Below are positions 10,232-21,019 of a DNA stretch of 27,600 nucleotides, in pieces. This DNA comes from Octopus sinensis (taxonomy: Eukaryota). The position numbers were made by a program, and so were the translations under genes. The DNA is taken from contig NW_021833335.1 of assembly GCF_006345805.1 (NCBI RefSeq), positions 1 to 27,600 of the forward strand, written 5' to 3'. Below the pieces are notes generated by a model. The model was not told where the DNA came from and made no database searches. It saw only the letters and a program-made list of their open reading frames with translations. Position 1 is the first letter of the stretch; every line of letters begins with the position of its first letter.

Positions 10232-11615
10232 GTGATGCGCAAAAATGGCAATCTTAAAGCAGAAGAAAAAAGGGGTGTGCAAAGCCATCCCGAACAGAAG
10301 GGGATGCGTAGAGAACCTGCTCAGGTAGCCCATGAGGACGGCTGGCGTACCGTTGGGAAACCTAAACGTGTCGCTTGCCGTCCAATTTCTAACAACTTAG
10401 GTTCTCGCAATTCGTCTTCGGAGATGGATCCGCCGTCGAAGAAGACCGCTCGCGTCGGGGTAGAATTACCTTCGGCGTTTGTAGCACGACTAGAGGTCTT
10501 TCCACCTGTGGAAAAGGCCTCAGTCGTTAAATTTTTAGGCTTGGACTCGATACAGCCGTCTAAGCGGTATCGAGTTCTGAAGAGGGAGCACTCAATTCCT
10601 GCTGGGGGGAGGAGAAGTCTGAGGACTTTTTCAGTTTCGAAAGGGAGCTGGAAAAGTCATCCCGTTCGGTCCTGGCATGCATCGGCTTGTCAGGTTCGAA
10701 CGCAAGGTAGGGCAGGTAAGAGTCCTCCTCCTTGGGGTCCCCCGGGACTTTGAGGATAACGACCTTTTAGAGCACCTGCAGCGGGAGTACCCCAGTACCT
10801 CTGCCATTGCACGCTTCAAGCAAGGTTATCGGCCTCTTGAAGTGGTGGAGGTTACGCTGGGATCTCCTGCGGAAGCCGAGCGCCTCATACTGCTGGGTAC
10901 GAGGGTCGGCTACGTTAGGCTTCGTGCTGTCCGGCCCCGCCCGAAAGCCACCCAATGCTTTCGGTGTCAGGGTTTCGGGCACATAAGCACGAGATGTCCT
11001 GAGAAGGCGAAGTGCTTGACCTGCGGTGGCGAGCATGGTCGCAAGGCATGCCCCTCGCCACCTACGAAGAGGTACTGTGTCAACTGCGGTAAGTTGGGAC
11101 ACAGTGCCAACTTCAAAGGTTGCCCCAAGTTCAAGGAGGCAACCCGAAAGGTAGGTGCGGGTGTAATCTCGAAGGTAAGTCGCGCGGCTAGCGTCGCAGT
11201 TACTGGGCCACAACCTGGCAAGCGGGCAAAGCAGTCCAAACCACCCAAGACTGTTTCGGTGGCGAGGCCTGTGAAGCCTGCAAGCCACATTGCGAGCGAG
11301 TCGGTACCACCTTTGCCGACAAAGTCGGCTGAGCCGCTAATAACATCCGAGTCAGTTCGGATGCCGAAGCGTGCTAAGCCTTCAGAGTGGGCTACAGGTG
11401 ATACCGCCCAGCAAAACCTAGGGGGGAAAAGGCGTCCTCCATACGTGGAAATGCCACCGCACTCCCCCCCTGGCGAGCGTGCTCCCCAGGACACCATTAG
11501 TCCTGAGGTGCAGTTGTGTGTGCGCCTACTAAAATTATGCAGGGCGACGAAGTGCAGTGTAGCAGATATGCTACATTGCAACATGGCTGAGGCCAAGAAG
11601 ATCCTTGGCGAGTAA
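10232..11615 (+). CDS. LINE-B ORF1 (gag-like, three zinc knuckles; one frameshift near 10600-10680)
   Basis: VLLLGVPRD, CFRCQGFGHISTRC, CLTCGGEHGRKAC, CVNCGKLGHSANFKGC. The start codon is uncertain (10235 or 10304). Confidence 0.88.
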
Positions 11616-11620
11616 CCGAT

Positions 11621-14199
11621 ATGATGCTCAACATTATATCGGTGAACGCGCGCTCCTTGTCCGGTAAAGGAGACGCCGTTCAGAGGATGTTGGCCACCAC
11701 GAGTGCGGACATTCTGGTGGTCAACGAAACGAAGGTAAAGGGGGGTCCGTACGTAGTTGATGGCTACAACTGTTGTCACATACCCTGGAAACAGGGGTCA
11801 ATATGTGGCACGGGAACTAGCCTGTTCTACAAGCCGTACCTCGCCTTGCAAAGTTCAGGTTTATGTTCTTGTAGCCTATGCGAATTCCTGCAAGTAAGGA
11901 TTCGTATAGGTAACCTACATTTTACCTAGGGGCGATGTATTCGAAGAACTTTACGGCGTGTTCCTGGCACGTACGGGAGTTCTTTGGAAAGCATCCGAAG
12001 GCGATGGTTGTTGGAGACCTGAATGCCAAGCACATAGAGCTTGGTTTCAGGGTAACCAACGCGCATGGTTTGGCTCTGAAGACGCTGGTTGAAGACCTCG
12101 GGCTGGAAATCCGGACTTCAAGTGAGCCAAACCACATCGATTCGCGAGGCGGACTAGACTGGCTAGGGCTTGCTTGCTGGTCAGTCCTGGAATGCTAAAT
12201 TGGGTTAGTAAAACAATTTTATTGCCCGATATTGGAAGCGACCATCTGCCTCTATTGCACGAACTCCGCGAGCCAGTCCCTCAAAGGGTTCCGGGATACT
12301 TCGACCTCCGGTCGGGTTCTTGGGCCAACCTGGAGAGGTTCATGGCCAGCAGGTTGCCCTCACTTCTGGTGGGGAATACCTGTGCCAATATACGTGAGTT
12401 GGAGGCGTTAGATAATGGAATCAATGCTGCCCTGACTGATTATATGCGAGATAATTTCAAACAGAACTCAGTGCAGGGTAAGTCACATTCCATGCTGCCA
12501 TACCGGGTCTTAAATAAAATTAGATTTAAGCGCCGGCTATCCAGACCGGGACAAATGCGTCTACGAGGAAAACCGTGTTGGTTTCGCGCTGGATTAGCCG
12601 GCTTCAGAGGGAGATCAGAAGAGAAATCCGCGAACTTGAAAGTTCACGGTGGGAGCGGGCCTGCAAAAGAGTGGACCCGCGCTTTCCGGACTTCTGGAAA
12701 CAACTGAAGAGCCTGTCGGGGAGAGGGGAGGCAAAGTCAGTGCGCCTTAAGCGCTCTGATGGAACCCTCGCCTCGGACCCGGTTGAGGTGGCTGATATAT
12801 TTTCAACCCACCTCAACAACATCTCGGGAACTGACGGAAGTCAGTTCGTCGTAGAGACGTCGTCTTTGTTACTATCCAGGAGGTATTGTCTTGGGACAAG
12901 CGCTGCCAGCTGGACATATCAAGGGTCGATGCAGGCGAAGTTTCCGAAAGGGAGATCCTGGCAGCGATCTCCCGAAGTAAGAACACCGCGGCGGGGCTAG
13001 ATCGGATCCCTATGTCCATCTTCAAAAAGGCCCCGCCGTTGTTGATCACGGCCTTACAGGTTTTGTTTAGCGGGAGCTTGCGACTTGGGATGATTCCTTC
13101 CAGGTGGAAAGTGGCTGAGGTAATCCTCATTGGAAAACCTGGGAAGCCTCATGATGTCCCCGGGGGATACAGGCCCATTTCCTTGCTTCCCGCTATATCT
13201 AAAATCCTAGAAAGGATCATGCACCGAAGGCTCCTGGAGGAGCTGACGGTGGTTGACGCCCTCCCGGAGTTCCAATGGGGATTCAGGGAGGGTCGTTCAT
13301 GTGGAGACTGCTTGTGGAAGGTGTCTTCCGAAATGAAGAACGCCCTCCAGAAAAGGGAGTGTGGTATGTTAGTTAGTCTTGACATAGAAAAGGCCTTCGA
13401 CTCGGTGTGGCACGACGGCCTGCGGAGTTCCCTCGCCACGTGTGGGGTTTCTCCGTGTCTAAGGCGCTGGCTGTCGGGGTTCCTCGAATCTCGCGGTCAG
13501 GTCGTGCGACACCAGGGGGTCTTTTCTAAAGTCGCAACAGTCCTTCGCGGGGTCCCTCAGGGTTCTGTGCTGAGTCCCACACTGTTTAATATCTTTATGC
13601 CCTCTGCACCTATGCCAGTCAATGCTCGTACTGGAATGGTGATCTATGCAGACGACATTATCCTCTGGGATCAGTCGATGAAACCAGAGTGTGCGTGTCG
13701 TAGGCTACAGGTTGCTGTGGATGAACTTGTAAACTGGTGTGGGAGTAGGGGTCTAAAGATGTGTGCGGACAAGTGCAGTGTCCTTAAAGTCTGTAAAAGG
13801 ACGAGGGGTTACACTAATTTTATCCCTAGGTTATCGCTGGACGGGTCAGCGATCGCTGTAGTTGATCGGACAACTTACTTGGGCGTGGTCTTCAAGCAGT
13901 CAGGTAAGTTCGATGATCACATTGCACGTACTAAAATGCGTGCAATGCAGCGATTAGGCGCGTTGCGTGCTTTCCACTTGAGGAGAGGTGCCTGGTTCCG
14001 TGTGTTCAACGCCATGGTGTTACCCGTGTTAACCTATGGCGTGCACGCTTGGCACTTCTGCGAGGACAGGGAGGAGAAGTACGTTGACGCGCTTAAGAAA
14101 GTAAGAAGACGAGCCATCCGGCTAGCCTATGGCTTAGGATGGCGTGATGAGCTCTCCACACCCAGGAATTGTCCCTCAAAGGCCTCCCTGAGGTCCTAG
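11621..14199 (+). CDS. LINE-B ORF2, APE endonuclease + reverse transcriptase (split by ~4 frameshifts, possibly sequencing errors)
   Basis: SVNARSL, VNETK, WKQGSICGTGTSLFYK, GDLNAKH, DIGSDHLP. Then GLDRIP, YRPISLL, QWGFREGRS, LDIEKAFDSVWH, GVPQGSVLSP, YADD, YLGV. Confidence 0.93.
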
Positions 14200-14368
14200 A
14201 GAAGATAATGACTGGGTGGCAGGTAAGACGGTAAGTCCTAACCTGTGGTTGTGTAGAGAGGCGAGCGTGTGTGCTGGACCGAAAAGGCAGGAATGCCGAA
14301 GGTCTCCTTATGTTACCTCACTAACAGCCTCTCTAACTAATTATTTAAAATAAAAATTTTCCTTCCTT

Positions 14369-14628
14369 CTAGGTATTTGTCAATTTATAGATTTTTTGAT
14401 TGATCGGATCTAGAAATTGAGTGGTCGCTCGCTGCGCTCGGTCGCTCGCTGCGCTCGCGACATAATAGATCAAAAATTTTTAATCCAGCAAAAACTTGTG
14501 TATAAAAATTTATTTTGTAATAATCAAAAGTTTTTTGCAATTGCAGATGAAACAAAAGATACGTTGCTGTGATGATAGCATCGTTAAATTCTTCTGAAAT
14601 AACATATCTGATATCGTTTAAGGCGATA
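14369..14628 (+). repeat. ~260-bp direct repeat (right copy), including putative SL 3' part (Sm-type site 14390-14399) and inverted-repeat copy 14424-14464
   Basis: Colinear with 9934-10181. Confidence 0.92.
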
Positions 14629-14976
14629 AAATCTGCTCCTAACAAGAACATCATTTTATCCAGGTTATTACAGTGTCTAACAATTCAAAATATTTAAATT
14701 AAATAAGTTATCGAATTCAGAAAGTGAGTTTTTTAGTATTTTTAATGAAATGCTTATTAGAATCGTTTCAAGTTGGTTAAATTCGAAAATATTTTTACAT
14801 TGGGAAATGTAACACAATTTCTACAATGAATACTTTTTGAATGTTGAGCAACATTTTTGGCATTGAATACTTTCCTTATCCATTTTTATGTTCTTGATGA
14901 AAAATTATTAATTAAAAAGTTATCAAAATATTATTTATTTTGTCTGAATTAAAATATATGAAACAGTCCTCTATAC

Positions 14977-16765
14977 CAGGGGTCTCCAAACTTTTGACAA
15001 CGCGGGCCGGATAGAATATTTGGTAGATGACCGTGTGCCATAGTTTAAAATCAATTAGATTTAATAATGTTCCTAATTTTTTTACTACGACTAAGAAGAC
15101 AGAATAACAAATAAGATATTATCTGATTGGAGTTCAATTATTTCAAGTTGAAGATAACTTTGAATAGTTTCGGCTTCGCATTGAAAAGGATTTTCGAATA
15201 ACCTTCAATGAATGAAACTATCAAAAAACCTTATTTCATCGCTTCTCTTGTCAAGGTCAGAAAATCGTTCAAGAAATTGTTTCTTCAAATCCTTAATTAT
15301 TTGGGTACCAAATTCGACAGGAAATTCAAAAACGTTTTCTTTACAGAAATTTTCGCAAAATGCGAAAGGGACATAGTTTTTATTTTTGAGTTGTTTTCCA
15401 AAAAGCACTAGTTTTGACCTTAATGCCTTGACATGTGTGAATAAATCACAAATAAGAACATATTCACCTTCAAAACTAAAATATAATAAATTAACCTTGC
15501 AATTTGAGATTTAATTCATTCATATGGCCTGTAATGTCCACGCAAAAAGCCAATCTACAGGCCATTCTGTGTCTGACAAAAGTGGTTCTTTTCGGTTTTT
15601 CTTTGTGAGAAACAAATCTATTTCCTTTCTTATTTGAAAAAATCGTAAAAGAATTTTCCCGCAACTTAACCATCAAATTTCCGTATAATAAGGTAAGTTG
15701 TTAACTTCTCTATTTTACTTGTTACTAAAAAAAATCCCAATATTTAAAAAATAAGGTACGTCTGTAAATTCGCAGTCACATTCTTTAAGAAATTCACGAA
15801 ACTCTCGATGATTAAATCCATGAGATCGAACAAAATTTACTAAATTAGAGACTGTTGATGAATAATGCAATGAAGAAACATGGGCGACGAAACTCCATCA
15901 GAATTGCAAGCTTTTATGATCTGTCTTACCAAACCGTGCTTTATTCCTGACATATTCTTTCATCCATCGATAGTTGCACAATGTAATTTATTCCACTGCA
16001 GTTTATATTCTGAAATAGTCTCTTGTAATTCTTTGAATAAGTTTTCTCCAGTAGTTCTATCGTGCATACTGTGTATCGAAACCAATTCTTGTGTGATATT
16101 AAATTGATTGTCGACAGCGCGGATAAAAATTAACAAATGTGATGTTCCACAAATATCAATAGATTCGTCGAGAGCAAGTGAATAGTATTCAAAATTTATT
16201 GCCTTGGTTGCAATTTGTCCGAATAAGTTGCAACCAATATCCTCGATTCGTCGTGCAATCATATTTGCTCCAAGACTTATGTTTTTAAATACATTTTCTT
16301 TTTCCGGGCATAACTCTTCTACTGTTTGCCTTATACATTCTTTTATTAACACTCCATCAGAAAATTTTATTGAATTCGATGAAAAAGTATTTAAGGTTCC
16401 ATTTGTTGTTAAACAAACGGCACTCAGTGTCAATTTTTCGTTTAGTTCTACATAAAATATTCATGTTTAGACTCTAAATATATTAATAGTTTAAGAATTT
16501 TAAATAAATGGATAGTTATAAGAGTTATAAAGTTAAACGATAATTACAACACCAACAACAAAGCAAAAAAAGCAAAAATATATTTATTTAATTTAATTAC
16601 GTATTTGATATATTCAAAAAATATTATTAACTATTAAATAAGTAATATAAGTTTATAAATTTTCTCTCGCGTTTCAACAACAAGCGGGCCGGATGCCACA
16701 AAAAGATATTAACAACAGCCGGGCCGGATTAAATCAGATGGCGGGCCGGGGTTTAGAGACCCCTG
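14977..16765 (-). mobile_element. hAT DNA transposon (Buster/Charlie/SPIN, GTF2IRD2-like), non-autonomous deletion derivative
   Basis: 15-bp TIRs CAGGGGTCTC(C/T)AAAC (14/15 match). 8-bp TSD CTCTATAC / CTCTAGAC. Subterminal GCGGGCCGG repeats. Transposase remnants: FSDG.LIKEC, YSLALDES.D, TTGENLF, CATIDG, LAFCVDIT.HMNELNLKLQG. Confidence 0.93.
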
Positions 16766-18121
16766 CTCTAGACAATTTATAAGGATGGTCCGGGATCGAT
16801 TCCCGTAGGAGGAGTTTAATACAGACTAAATAAAAATCAACGCCTACTCAAAAATTCCTCTTCTTTCGTATGCAAAATATGCCAGATATGCCTGTTCTCT
16901 GGTCAAAGATCGGATGGAATCGAAATACGTCTTTCTCCAGATCAGACTGAAGTTTGTTAACTTTTCTTTTGAGACAAGTGATTTCGCCTGTGAGCTAAAT
17001 TCAATTTTCTGTAAATCATCTTATATTTTGGGTTTCTGAAACAGTTAGGCAACAAATATAGTTTATTTGTGTTGTTTCATCACTAAAATTAATTCTCAAG
17101 ATTCTATAGTTCAGGAAGGTGGTTCATTTTCTACTGGAGGCTCATGATGAATCGACAAATTTGTCACAGCTTGTATAAACAATATTTAACAAGAAGTTTA
17201 TAGAACCTTTTCTTTTTTTAAAGCTTTTGGGGCGCCTAAAACACTAACAGTTCGAAATGTACCGAATTGACTTTCAGCAACACGAAACTGAAAACCTATA
17301 ATACAAATATCGTGAAAATAAAAACCCAAATTTTCAAAATATTTTTTCTTTTTAGAAATAAACTCCGATACAAAACAAGAGACATTGATTTTTGTATTAT
17401 TTAAATAAAAGGTTTTAATACATTTCCCGTTGTTAAAGTTTTCTTAATCATTTTATGAAAAAAATTAAACCATTGTATAATTCCTCCAGTTTAATACGTT
17501 CATCTGCAGCATGCTGATCTATTGCAACAAGGTGCTCGACTAGTCAAATTATCGCTTTTTTACTAACTATTTTTTGTGTCTGTCAAAAGGCAAATAATTA
17601 CGCTTGATTCGAAAAGGCCAACAACCTTTGAAATTATAAATTTTTTCACAGACTCGAGATTTTACTAGTGAAATTTTGTCTAGGGGAACTGTTGAGAGAT
17701 TTCTAATTAGTTTAAAATATCTAAAACAACTGTTTTTTCAATTTCAAAGACTTGGCCTATTTTTGTAAAATTATATTTAAATATAGATACATTATTTTTT
17801 AACAAGAGAAACACATTTCAAAGGAGTCGTCGGACGGACTATTTTACAAGAATTAGGCACATAAAAATGTATTAAAACTAAACAACATGAACCAAAACGA
17901 GAATTTCAACCAAAGAACGAATATCCGAATAAGATACCTGTGGTGTTATCCAGCTCTGAATTCAAATTTTGTATATATTTCATTTGAGTGGCATTTCTTT
18001 TGTTTTCCTCAATGTAAAATGACTCGGAAGATTTAGGAGAAAAATATCTAGTTTCTACGTGAAACAAATGACGCGGGGAATTAGAAAAATTGCAATCATG
18101 TTGAACTAGGTTAGGCCTTCG

Positions 18122-18800
18122 TTAACTGACAGGACTGAGTTTTGACATGCTTTTTTCATATGAATATTTCATAGTATCATGAATGTAGTCAGTTTTCAAA
18201 TTGTCATTATCTAGAGATGTTTGAAAAAAGCCCGTTAGGGAATCGTCACTAAACAGATTTTCTTTACTCATTCTGGTATGGTTAATGGAACAAGTTTCAC
18301 GGAGACTGGGGTCATATATATCATGCGGTTTTTCATGAATTGAAATGGACTTTAAAAAAGTTGGAGAGCTGTCTTCAAATCTATTTATTTTATATCGTGA
18401 AAAAATATTCTGTTTTCGATAGTCAGGCACGTATCAAAAAAATCTTCATAGTGATTAGGAAAATCATCTATTTCGTGGTCTCCAAAGATAAACGCAGATG
18501 GGTCAACAGCTGGAAAATTCGATTTAAGAAATTCTTCTCCAAAACTTGGAGTATCGAATAAAGTCTAATCGTTTAATCGAAGATGGTGATTATTTTTTTT
18601 GCAATAAGGTCCACGTTTCTTTTTGAGACAATATAACAAATCTGAGTCAAAGTCGCTAGTTTGAGATCCGTCAAACGACATTGTGGACAGAAATACATTT
18701 TTTGAAGACCGAGAAAAAAATGACGACTCAATAAACGGTTTTGCGTTTGTGGTCTCTTCGAACTCATAATTGAGCATATCAGAATCCGATAATTTTTAAA
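18122..18800 (-). CDS. Probable host gene or last exon, Ser/Asp/Phe-rich low-complexity protein (frameshifted); function unknown
   Basis: Adjacent minus-strand ORFs 18565-18777 and 18122-18430 are linked by an open segment (TLFDTPSFGEEFLKSNFPAVDPSAFIFGDHEIDDF). No recognisable domain. Confidence 0.35.
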
Positions 18801-18924
18801 ACTAGTTTTTCTACATTTTTTAAAAGTGCAAACGTCACTTAAATTCCTCGTGACATCATCAAATAATTTCCAAATTACCCATAAAACCAATAATTTAAAA
18901 TAGTAAATATAATTTAAAAATAAA

Positions 18925-20027
18925 TTAAATCCCCTTCTCTGCCCCTCCATTCTAAAATAAAGTCAAGAAATAACCAAAGTGAATTCTTCGTGTTTGAGTC
19001 CCCTCAGTCTAACAATCTCTGCCCGAGCCTCCTCCAATCTGGCCCTCAACACATTACAGTCTCGTGACACTTCCTCAAACTGCTCCAACGCCTTTCCGTT
19101 CTGAGAATTCACATCAATTTCTCTGCCGACTCTCTCAAGTTCCCTCATCGTATCTTCCAAACAAATTTGAACGCGATTCCTGTCGTTCGTAAGCTGATTC
19201 ACCGCACATGTCAACTGCTCAACCTTTATCTCCTTAGCAGCCAATTTGTCCTCCAACTGCTCACATTTCTACCACAATAATCCACCAGACATACTTCAAT
19301 TAGGCTTATTCCATCCCCACAATTGGCCAGTCTTTCCACCGTGTTGTTAGCCACCACCAACTTTCGGTTTGTCTCCGTGATTTCGTCTCTCAACACGGAC
19401 ATGAGTCTCTCAGTCCTGGCAGCAATGTCATGTCCGTTGTAGGCCAATGCGGACTTGTATTTGTCCTCCAATTCACGATTTTCCGCCTTTAATTTGCTGG
19501 TCACAGCCAATAGTTCTTCCTTGGGGGTCACCTCCTCCAGTTTTTTCCGTAAAACGGAGACCACGGATTCGTGTTCGGCCTCATTATGCCGAAGAGCGGA
19601 CTCCAATCTCTCCACTTTGGTCTCCAATGTACAAATCTGAGCTTTGAAGGATTCTTCCAGTCCTTTAATGCTTCCATGGAGGATTTCAGCTCTTCTTGAG
19701 CGTTGGCCAGTCTTGTTCGTAGAGAATTTATTTCCTCGACCACTACTTTGCAATGATTGATCTACTTTTGCTAATTTCGATGTTTTTCTCAGCCAGTTGA
19801 CTTTCGGTGTCTGTGTTCTCTACGGGCAATGGTGGTGATGGCTCTTCTTTGTGGGTGTTCTTGGCTTTTTTTCGCCGTTTTTGATTTTTTTTGACAGAAG
19901 TTGACTGACCTGGATTTTTTTTGCTACAAGATGTTAATGTAGACTAATACAAGATGAGGAATGTTATCGGGATAGTAATCACGATTATTCCAATGAGTGC
20001 TAGAACTAGGTTTAATTCTATTTCCAT
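18925..20027 (-). CDS. 5-exon host gene, ~334 aa: N-terminal hydrophobic anchor, Lys-rich linker, long coiled coil (kinectin/RRBP1-like architecture; orthology not established)
   Basis: ATG at 20027 gives MEIELNLVLALIGIIVITIPITFLI. GT-AG introns at 19950-19924 (27 nt), 19765-19743 (23), 19294-19269 (26) and 18974-18952 (23) join the ORF-track frames. One 1-nt frameshift is needed near 19665. Stop TAA at 18927-18925. Confidence 0.75.
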
Positions 20028-21019
20028 GGTTTTCTATGAAATATTGATAAAATTGACACACACGAGAAACGTACAGCCAATGCTTTAATAAAATTTATTT
20101 TTATTTTTTTCATAATGAAAATAAAATTAATAATTACAAATATCCATTTAAACGTCTTTATCAAAACATGGATTATTTTGTTTCATAACATACATTTCTT
20201 AGTATTTTACATACTTTTTTTGTCAGATTTTTATTTGTTTCAGAGAAATTTTGCGCTTGTTTTTTGTCTATGTCTAATAAAATTAAATGAGTGAACATGT
20301 GCTTATTTCATTAATTAAACAATATTTATTTTCATGCTATTGAGTTTCAATATTTTTATGAGAGCACTTCAGCATAGCTGAGGCACGTAAGTGCCTAAAA
20401 TACAAACATGCAAACTACAAAGTTTTTACAAGACCAAGAGAACAAGTTAATCAGAATTAATAAAAGTGAGGTCAGAAATATATTGAGATTCATTATTTAA
20501 GAATGAGGCAGTTTAGAAAATTAGGGCGAATATTTGAATACGAATGTTGATTAACGAGGCAAAATTGATATTGTGATTCACAATAAGATTACTGTGAAGA
20601 TTATATTTTTTAAAAATTGTAAGTAAAGAAACTATCATTTAGTTTACGTCATTGTTTGACATTGAACCGATCGATTATTAAATGGGCAATCTTATATAGG
20701 TCCCCCATAAGCATTCAAATGTCTTTTAAAGGACTCTGGAAGTGTTTTGTGAGTCATTTTTTGAGATTTACCAAGTCTTCGGCTTGATTCGATCCATTTA
20801 TAAAAAAGATAATTTATTCAAAATATCACAATCAAGTACAAAGGCCAGATAGTAGCAGAATGACCACTCCCTGTGATATTGACATATCGAAATGGAAATT
20901 ACTTAAAAAAGTCCTTAGATAGAAGTGTTTCTTACTTTGAAATGGGCATTGCTCAATACATTTCCTCATTAGAGCGGTTCAGGTCGCTTAGTCACTAGAT
21001 AGGAATGAAGATAGGAATG

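Larger units (their letters stand above)
10195..14368 (+). mobile_element. LINE-B: apparently full-length APE-RT non-LTR retrotransposon, sister family of LINE-A, visibly more GC-rich
   Basis: ORF1 and ORF2 as below. AATAAA at 14349, then a TTCC-repeat tail joined directly to CTAGGTATTTGTC (14369-14381). Confidence 0.93.

Noticed and set aside
10767-13439. Long minus-strand ORFs (e.g. 10967-11779, 270 aa; 10767-11288; 13149-13439)
   Set aside because: They are antisense shadows of GC-rich LINE-B coding sequence with no motifs of their own.
6296-14199. Frameshifts in LINE ORFs as programmed recoding
   Set aside because: The 250-bp duplicate pair and the host gene show the same scattered 1-nt indels, pointing to sequencing error or decay rather than recoding.
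14569-14611. Box C (GTGATGA) and two CTGA boxes suggesting a C/D snoRNA in the duplicated segment
   Set aside because: C-to-D span is only ~40 nt, there is no C' box or adjacent terminal stem, and I recognised no convincing rRNA guide.
16786-16806. GGTCCGGGATCGATTCCCG resembling a tRNA T-arm / B box
   Set aside because: No D-arm, anticodon arm or acceptor stem on either side, even after removing the hAT insertion.
16850-18060. Short coiled-coil-like reading segments and candidate micro-introns
   Set aside because: No consistent gene model could be built by eye.
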